Of a DNA stretch of 64,000 bases, positions 54,711 to 64,000 are shown piece after piece. This stretch comes from the human T2T-CHM13v2.0 reference genome, Homo sapiens: NCBI RefSeq assembly GCF_009914755.1, contig NC_060928.1. The stretch is one strand, 5' to 3'. Below the pieces are notes generated by a model. The model saw only the letters and a program-made list of their open reading frames with translations. It did no database searches and was not told the DNA's origin. Both the position numbers and the translations under genes were made by a program. The stretch's first letter is position 1. The number at the start of each line of letters is the position of its first letter.

Positions 54711-55082
54711 TTGTCTCGTTCTGCTCAGGCTGCCCTAACAAAATACCACACCAACCCGGTCTCTGAAACAGCAGACACTTCTCATAGTTCTGGAGGCTGG
54801 GAGTCCAAAATCAGGGTGCCAGCACAGTCAGGTTCTGGTGAGGGCTCTCTTCCTGGCTTGCAGACAGCCACCTTCTCGCTGTATCCTCACGTGGCCTTTC
54901 TGTGATACATGTGTGGTGGAGAATCTCATCCTCTTTTTAGAAAGCCACCAGTGGTGTTGAATTAGGACCCCACCCTTGTGATCTCATTGCACCTCAATTA
55001 CCTCCTAAAAGCCTTTTCTGCAAACAGTCACATTTGAGGTCAAGGCACAATAAATAAACTTTTGGGGAGACAATTCAGTCAT
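54711..55082 (-). mobile_element. MLT1A-like MaLR LTR
   Basis: ggctgccctaacaaaataccac...cagttctggaggctgggagtccaa...ggggagacaattcagtc. Confidence 0.8.
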
Positions 55083-55437
55083 ATCTGACTGAGCGTGTTA
55101 AAGTCTCCAACCATGATCATGGATTCATAGCTTTCTCCTTGCAGTTTTTGCCTCACACGGTTTGATTCATATCCCTTAAGGATTGTTATGTCTTCTTGAA
55201 CAACTCGACCCCTTTATCATTATGAAATGCTTTCTCTTCATCCCTGGTAGCTTTCTTTGCTCTGAAGTCTGCCTTGTCTGAAATTAAAATAGCTACTCCT
55301 GCTTTCTTTCCATCAGTGTAAACACAGTGTCTCTTTTTCTACTCATTTACTTTTAGTCTATATGTATCTAACTGTAAAGTGTGTTTCTTGTAGACAATAT
55401 ATAGTTGGGTATCATTTTTTATCCACTCTGATTTTAA

Positions 55438-55644
<207 letters not shown>

Positions 55645-56553
55645 TAGAGACGAGGTTTCACCATGTTGTCCAGGATGGTCTTGATCTCTTGACCTTGTGG
55701 TCTGCCTGCCTCAGCCTCCCAAAGTGCTGGGATTACAGGTGTGAGCCACCTCGCCCTGCCAAAAATCCCTGTTTTTTTAATTGTTGTATTTAGACCATTG
55801 ATGTTCAAAGTAATTATTCATATAATGGGATTAACATCTGCCATTTTGTTACCACTTTCTATTTTTTTGCCCTTGTTCTTTTTTCCTGTTTTTTTTTCCC
55901 ACTCTTTTTCTGCCTTTTATGATTCTAATTGAGCATCTTATATGCTCAGTTCCATTTCTCTCCTTTCTTAGAATATGTTAGTGATTGCACTAGAATTTGC
56001 AATATCATCCCCAATTAATCCAAGTCTACTTTCAAACACTCCACTGCTTCACAGGTAACATGAGTTCCTTACAGCAACAACATAATCTTAGCTCCTTCTT
56101 CGTGTCCTTTGCATGATTTATGCCATTTGTTTCCATCATGTCTAAGCATATGTAAGCATATATGTACATAAGACACACACAAGATACATAAGGAGCCATA
56201 TATAATTAAATACATTGTTGTTATTATTTAGAGCTGTTATCTGTTAGATCAGCTAAGAATAAGAATATTAAAAATTTTATTTTACCTCACTGTTCCTTCT
56301 TTGGTGTTCCTCCTTTCTTTACGTGGATTTGAGTTTCTGATCTATATTGCTTTCCTCTCTTTAAAAAGCTTCAAGATTTTTGCAAGGCAAGTCTACTGAC
56401 GACAAATTCCCTCAATTTTTGTTTTCCTGAAAAAGTCTTTATTTCTCCTTCACTTTTGAAGGATAATTTCATGGGGTGCACAATTTTAGCTTGGTGGGTT
56501 TTTTTCTCTCAACACTTTAAATATCTCACTCCGCTCTCTTCCTGCTGTGTGGT

Positions 56554-56932
56554 GCTGTGGTTCAGATGTCCCCTCCAAAAGTCCTGTTGAAATTTAATTG
56601 CCATTGAGACAATACTGAGAGATGGGACCCTTGAGAGGCGATTAGCTCCTGAGGGCTTCACCCTCGTGAGCAGATTAGTGCCATTAACTCAGGAGTGTGT
56701 GCGTTGTCTTGGGAGTGGGCTCCTGATAAAAGGATGAGTTCAGGCTGATTTTTTTCTCTGTCTCCCCTGCTTGCGTCCCTGCTCTGCCCCTCACCATAGA
56801 CTGACCCTGGCCAGATGCCAGCACCAAGCTCCTGGACTTCCCATCTCCCAGAACTGTGAGCCAAATAAACTTCCTGATAATTTACCCCATCTGTGGCATT
56901 CTGTTACAGTGGTAGAAAATGGACTCAGACAC
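56554..56932 (+). mobile_element. MST-type MaLR LTR
   Basis: tgctgtggttcagatgtcccctccaaaa...agaactgtgagccaaataaac...aaatggactcagaca. Confidence 0.85.
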
Positions 56933-57702
56933 ATGGTTCCTGAGAGAAGGTGGATGTCATTCTTATCTTGGTTCCGCTACAGGCAAGGTGTTGGTGTTGG
57001 GAGGTTTTTTCTGGCTTCTTTCAAAATTTGTTCATGTTTGATTTTACATAGTTTAAATATGAGATGCCTAGGTGTCATTTTGTTTACTTGTTTGTTTTCT
57101 TTGGGGGCAGTGTTTTTTGTTTTGTTTTGTTTTGTTTTGGCATTTATCCTGCTTGGTGTTCTCTGAGCTTCCTGGATCTGTGGTTTGGTGTCTGACATTA
57201 ATTTGGAGGATCCCTCAGTCATTATTGTTTCAGTTTTTTTGTTGTCCCTTTCTTCCTTCCTTCCTTCCTTTCTTCTGCTTCTGGTATTATTTGTGTTACA
57301 CCTTTTATGGGTGTCCTACAGCTTTTGTATATTCTGTTCTTTTATTTTTTTTTTTTTTTTTAGTGATTGTTCTCTTTGCCTTTCACTTTTGGAAATTTCT
57401 ATTGAGCTATCCTCAAGCTCAGAGGCTTTTTCCTCAGCTGTGTCCAGTCTCCTAATGAGCCTATCAAAGGCAGTCTTCATTTCTGTTGCCGTGTTTTCTA
57501 TCTTTATGTTTCTTTTTGGTTCCTTCCTAGACTTTCCATCTGTCTGCTTACATTGTCCATCTGTTCCTGTGTGCTGTCTACTTTACCCACTAGAGCTCTT
57601 GGCATCTTAATCATTGCTGTTTTAAATTCCTGGTCTGATAATTCCAACATAACTGCCTTGTCTGGTTTTAATGGTTGTTTTGGCTCCTCAAATTCTGGTA
57701 TG

Positions 57703-57740
<38 letters not shown>

Positions 57741-58189
57741 CTTTTAGTATGTCTTGTAATATTTTCTTGATAGCCAGACATGATGTACAGAGTATAAAGA
57801 CCTGCCGTAAAGATGCCTTTAGTGATGTGGTTGTAAGATGTGGGGGGAGGGGAAGCATTCTAGAACCTTCTAACCAGGCCTCAGTCTTTAGTGAAACTGT
57901 GCATTGGGCTGTGAGCTTCACAAGGGTTTCTCAGCCGCCCACCCCTCACTTTCTTAGATGAGACAGGATGGCTCGAGGGGGCGGAAGTTGGATATTTCTC
58001 TTCCCCTGGCAGGTTATAGTCTAGCTGAACAGTTTCTCCTGAGGGCAGCTCTTGTTAAGGACAGAATGTTCTGGTGTGTTTCAAAATGATTCCATTTTCC
58101 ATCCTCCTACCTGCAGAATGAGATTTTTCTGATATTCACTGTGAGAATGTGGTAGAACTCCTGGGGTAAAACTCACATACGTGCGGTGT

Positions 58190-58410
58190 CCACCATGACT
58201 GGGTCCCCCTGCCGTGGTGTCCCCCATGACTGGGTCCCCCCGCCATGATGTCCGCCACGACTGGGTCCCCCCGTGGTGTCCCCCATGACTGGGTGCCCCC
58301 GTGGTGTCCCCATGACTGGGTCCCCCCGTGGTGTCCCCCAGGACTGGGTCCCCCCATGGTGTCCCCCATGACTGGATCCCCCCGTGGTGTCTGCCATGAC
58401 TGGGTCCCCG
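58190..58410. repeat. ~29-bp GC-rich VNTR x ~7 (ccatgactgggtccccccgtggtgtccc)
   Basis: Directly visible. Confidence 0.92.
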
Positions 58411-59537
58411 GAGGAGTTTGGAGTTGCCCACACTGAGCCTCCAGGGATCTATCAGCTACAGTTCGGGTTTCCCCGCCCTGGAACAGGCTCCTGAGGTGGT
58501 TTCCACGGATGCGTCTCTGCTCCGGCAAACCATGGCCCCGTCATTGACAGGCCAGCGCCCGTCAGCCCCTCAAGTCTTGGGTGTACCAGGTACCTACGTC
58601 TTCACCGCTGTTTTGGGTGTGGGAAGAATTGTTGATTTTCAGTCTGCTCAGCTGACTTGTTGTTAGGGTGGAGCAGCGGCTCCTGAGCTCCTCACATGAG
58701 GTACCAGAGGCTGGAAGTCCAGTTTGGGCAATGGCAGGTGTAGACTCAGAATGTTCCACGCGCAGGGGCTCCCCCGAAAGGCGTTCTTTCCCCAGGGCTC
58801 CTCCGAGCCTGGCTAGTACGGTCTCGAACTGCAGTCTGAGGCTGGTCCTGCCCAGCCACCTACCTTCCCTCTCCTTCCACAGGTGCCACAACCACACCCC
58901 CACCTGGGGTTCCCCACCTGCCCCTCCTTCATCTCCCTTCTACCCCTCGCAGGGAGCCCCCATCCCATAAATCCACTTCCTATTCTGCCTTGGCATCTGC
59001 AGGACAAGTCCCAGGTGGCCTTGGAATGAACAAGCCCCTCCCTTCTCACGCGTACTTCTCGAGAATACCTGAAGAATGTGCCAGGAATGCAACCACCTGG
59101 TCTAGGGAAGGACCGGCCGGACAGCCCTGGCTCTGCTCCTGTGCCTCCTAGGGCAGGATGTCCCACACACTGTAGCCCTATGAGTCACCCCTGGCTATGG
59201 AACCCAGAGCAGAGTGCACCTTTGGGATCTCTCAGCTGTGGTGTGAAGCGGGACACACATAGACAAGGCTCCATTCGTTCTGGGCAGCTTTCCCGAGCCT
59301 CGGGGACCCGCTCACCATGGATCCTAAGCTTCTGCTGTTCCCTGCTGCCTGCCTGTGAGTAATAAAGTTGCTTTCATAACTGGTTGTGTGTGTGTTCTGT
59401 CTCCCTGGACTCTTGCACGTGGGTTGATGCTGGTTCATGGTATTGGGAGTTCTCTAGAGTCCTCCCCTGAGGCTGAGTCCAGGGCATGCTGGAGTCCAGG
59501 GCGTCAGTCAGGTGTCCAGGTTGAGTCCAGGGCATGC

Positions 59538-59930
59538 TGTCTTAGTCCAGCTGTGTTGCTGTAAAGCATCACCTGGGGCTGGCTCATTTGTAAAGAAAGA
59601 GGTTTCTCTGGCTTACGGTTCTGAAGGCTGTACAGGAAGTCTGGCACCAGGGTCTGCTTCTGGTGACAGCTTCAGGAGCTTCCACTCGTGGGGGAGGTGA
59701 AGGGGACCCATCATGCCAGGGTGGGAGAAGAGGGGGGTGGGGGCCAGGCTCTAACAACCTGAGCTCACAGGAGGTGAGAGGGAGAACTCAGCCCCACAAG
59801 AGGGGTACCAGCTGTTCGTGAGGGATCCACCTCAATGACCCAATCACCTGCCACCAGGCCCCACGTCCAACATCAGGGATCACATTTCAACATGAGGCTT
59901 GGAGGGGACCAACGTCCAAACAAATCAACA
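59538..59930 (-). mobile_element. MST-type MaLR LTR
   Basis: tgtcttagtcca...ggttctgaaggctgtacaggaag...cacatttcaacatgagg. Confidence 0.85.
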
Positions 59931-60058
59931 GTGAACCTGCTTCCCAGTGTCTGCTTCCTGGGGAGTGCCAACTGACACCAGCCCCAGGGTCTGAATCTCT
60001 TGGTCCTCTGGAGCTGTGGGGTGAATCAGTGCTTCTCACGGGGGAGCTTCCTGTGGCT

Positions 60059-60745
<687 letters not shown>

Positions 60746-60828
60746 TAATCCTCTTCTGTTCAACTGTTTCTTTATAATTTCATTCCTTTCTACCAGTTCA
60801 GTGATTGTTTCTCCAGAGAGTTGCCATT

Positions 60829-61138
60829 CTTTTTTTTTTTTTTTTTTTCTTTGGGGGGACGGAGTCTTGCTCTGTTGCCCAGGCTGGAGTGCAGTGGCAC
60901 GATCCCAGCTCACTGCAAGCTCTGCCTCCTGGGTTCACACCATTCTCCTGCCCCAGCCTCCCGAGCAGCCAGGACTACAGGCACCTGCCACCATGCCCGG
61001 CTAATTTTTTCTATTTTTTAGTAGAGACGGGGTTTCACTGTGTTAACCAGGATGGTCTCAATCTCCGAACCTCAGGATCCGCCCGCCTTGGCCTCCCAAA
61101 GCGCTGGGATTACAGGCGTGAGCCACCGCACCCAGCCC
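60829..61138 (-). mobile_element. AluY-like
   Basis: 16-bp TSD agagagttgccattct. Confidence 0.93.
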
Positions 61139-63737
61139 AGAGAGTTGCCATTCTAACATTCATACCCATGACATCTACATTTTAAATATTTTATTGATGA
61201 TCACTATGGGATAATAAAGGAGAAAATAATTTTTAAAAAGACTCTGCAAAATTACATTAGTTCTCCTAATCATGAGATGCTTGCTTCAGAGTTTCAGGAT
61301 CCACCCAACATGGGAAGTCAAAGCCTCTCTGGGATACTACGGGGCTAAGGTGCACAGTCGCTCAGGTTGTGCACAACACAAGGGCACCCCATTCACATGA
61401 AAACATCTTCATTATTTTGAAAATCTGCAGAGCACTGTGTAGACACATTAGGGATTACCTTACATGAGGCTATACTAATTTATGATAGCAATTATTTATG
61501 TGTTGTTATGGAAAACTGGGAGACAAAAATGAATTACTGTTTTGAGATCTTACGAAGCTTGGAAGACAGATTGGCCCTGGGGAGGCAGCGGTGGCCGCAG
61601 TTTGCAGGGAAGATTGCTGCCGAGGAGGAATCTGTGCACACGACAGGCTCCAACGATCTGCACAGGGCCACATGGGGCTTTGGCTGAGGACTAAGCTTCG
61701 CACGCACTGCACAAAACCCCAAGAGCTGAGCAAAAGTGGCCACCTGGGAGCCCCCTGAAAGCTGCACCAGGACAAGGCCCGTCTGACCAGGTCAAGTGCA
61801 GAGCCCCGAGGAACCTGGGTTGGTGATGGAGACCTCAGAAAGTCCCGGCCACTAGAAAAGAAGCATTTACATGATTGAAAAAAACGTTTGCAGAAAAGAG
61901 GTGAAATGACAGAACGAGGGAAAGACTCAGCAGAATGTAGCCCAGAGACATCGCGATGGAGACATGAGCTCACTTTCTGTCTCCTCATCAACCAAGAACC
62001 CCATAAACAAGGGCAGAATGCTCCCTGCGTCCAGCACTGAGACCGAGACCCAAGATGCACCAAGAGATTGAGAAACTGAGATCCACAGATGCACAAAGAC
62101 CCACAGACGCACAAAGACCCTCAGACACACAAAGCAAAACGCGTTCTGATGCCCCGTGTCAGACGCGTCCTGAAGGATGAGCGATGGTTTCTGCCCGCTG
62201 AGAAGTATCCATCTGGAGCTGAGATTTAAGCCCCTCCACTCAACGGCAGCAGGAGTCTCTCCCCACGCTGGTGTGACCCACATGCAGGGCACCCACACAT
62301 GTGAGGGGCGCCCGCTGCGAGGAGGTGGTGCCTGCGCCCCCTCCAAGCTGCACCTCAACCTGTCCCACCCTAAAGTGAGACGGACTGGATCCCCCACCGG
62401 CCAGGGCTGCTTCGCATCACACCGGTTCCCCCTGCTCTCTGTGCCATCGTCCCCTCCATGTGGCTTCCCAAACCACGGACACCTGGCATCTCCATCAGCC
62501 TTGGCCCTGGGCACAGTGAGTGTTTTCCATGCATTTGTGGGATTTTTAAAATAAACTTCTGTTGCCCTCGTTAGATTATAGGCCTTGTGAGAACAGGGAC
62601 CAAGTCTTTTATGGATGAGGGGCGGGTGTCCGGAGTTTCAACATGGCACTTCCAGGGCTACAAGGAGGTGAATGGATGAAGAGCTCCTGTTGAGTGGAGA
62701 CAGAGGAGCCCTGAGGCCTCTTTATGAAAAAGCAAAAATAAGCACCATGGAGCAGGTGGTGGTCGTGCCACTGGTGGGAGTGGGATCATCCTGCTAGGCA
62801 CCAACCATCCCCAACCAACAGAGGAACACAGGCTCTGCCTCCTGCTCCGCATCTCCTCATTACACACAGAAACGTCCTCGGCTCGAGGACAAAAGCCCAT
62901 CTGTATTCTGATCTGAGCAGGACTGGGTGCCGCCCTCACATCTGGAGGGAGCCTGAGACTACCCGACAGGAGCCACAGGTACCACACGGTGAGGACCCCC
63001 TTCCAGACACCCCCCTGCCCAGCTCCTGTGGACCCTCCCCCAACCTTTGCCAGGGGGGACCGTGGTCCTCTGTGGCGTGTCGTCTGCACCCGTCTTCATC
63101 GGGGGCACTAGCACCTGCCACACACTCAACAGCATCACTTCCCACTGGAAAAACAATGCCACAAGATTCTTCTTGGCGAGAACAAACCAGAAAATGGGAC
63201 CTGAAGAAGCCGAGAGCCTCGCCTGTGGTCAGACAGCAGCTGAGCATGGGCAGAGGACAGAGCCCAGGCCGAGGGCCGCGGCCGCCCCCACCCACAAAGA
63301 CCCCTGTCCTGTCCTGGGTGGAATTCCCACACCAGCTCAGGAGGAGCCCCACCTCCTCACCCTTCCTTGTCCTCATTCCAGGGAAATGGTCTGGAAGAGC
63401 ACCAGCTCCCCACGGAGCTGACTGTTTCTCTGCTTGCAAATTTCATGAGATTTCTGATTCTGAGCTCGAATCTTCTCTCCACTTTCACCTCTTGCCATTC
63501 CTCATGACCGGTCCATTTCAACATCAGGGCCAATTGTTCCTTGTACAATTGCATCTTTTCCACAGTTTAGTACAAGAAACTAGGATTCTCTTCATGTAAA
63601 AGCTATTTGATGACAAACACCTTGTTCTAAGTGACTGCCAGGAAGTGCTTGCTAATTTTAAATTCTACATTATGATGAGGCAAAGTTAGTAGGAGCCAAG
63701 GGACAGAGCACTCCCATATCTCCTCAGACACTCGCCA

Positions 63738-64000
63738 GGTGCATCTGTGGAGAAGCCGCCCAGTGAGTCCTTGCATCTCACAGGTGCTTCTCACAGGTGC
63801 GTCTCACAGGTGCACCTCACAGGTGCATCTCACATGTGCATCTCACAGGTGCATCTCACAGGTGCGTCTCACAGCTATGTCTCACAGGTGTGCCTCATAG
63901 GTGCGTCTCACGTGTGTCTCACGTGTGTCTCACAGGTGCGTCTCAGGTGCGTCTCACGTGTGTCTCACAGGTGCATCTCACAGGTGCATGTCACAGGTGT
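63738..64000. repeat. 12-bp minisatellite (ctcacaggtgca/gt), runs off the window end
   Basis: Directly visible. Confidence 0.93.

Noticed and set aside
58690-59420. Possible ERVL-type LTR remnants (aataaagttgctt at ~59361)
   Set aside because: LTR-like, but I could not assign a family or boundaries with confidence.

Overview
This is GC-rich, repeat-dense primate DNA, almost certainly human. It holds one real protein-coding gene, the intronless TMEM271 (CDS 17407->16250, minus strand, 385 aa), inside a ~3.3-kb CpG island. From recall, this gene lies in the subtelomeric 4p16.3 region between PIGG and PDE6B. The rest is two giant minisatellites (361-4081 and ~4740-8280), about eight smaller VNTRs, >20 Alus, a full-length old L1PA with nested target-site duplications (TSDs), older L1M/L2 remnants, a 5'-truncated SVA, MaLR/ERVL LTRs, and Tigger1/MER DNA transposons. 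Almost all other ORF-track entries are repeat or GC-content artefacts. The most interesting structure is in the TMEM271 leader. A (CGG)10 tract is followed by two AUG uORFs chained to each other and to the main CDS by overlapping AUGA stop-start tetranucleotides, and all three AUGs share the context GGAGG-AUG. Other notable observations are a candidate REST/RE1 site inside the CDS, a VNTR carrying a tandem YY1-like array, E-box VNTRs, apparent gene conversion between inverted Alus, and an Alu-derived 135-bp minisatellite. Boundaries and subfamilies of old repeats were judged by eye and are approximate.
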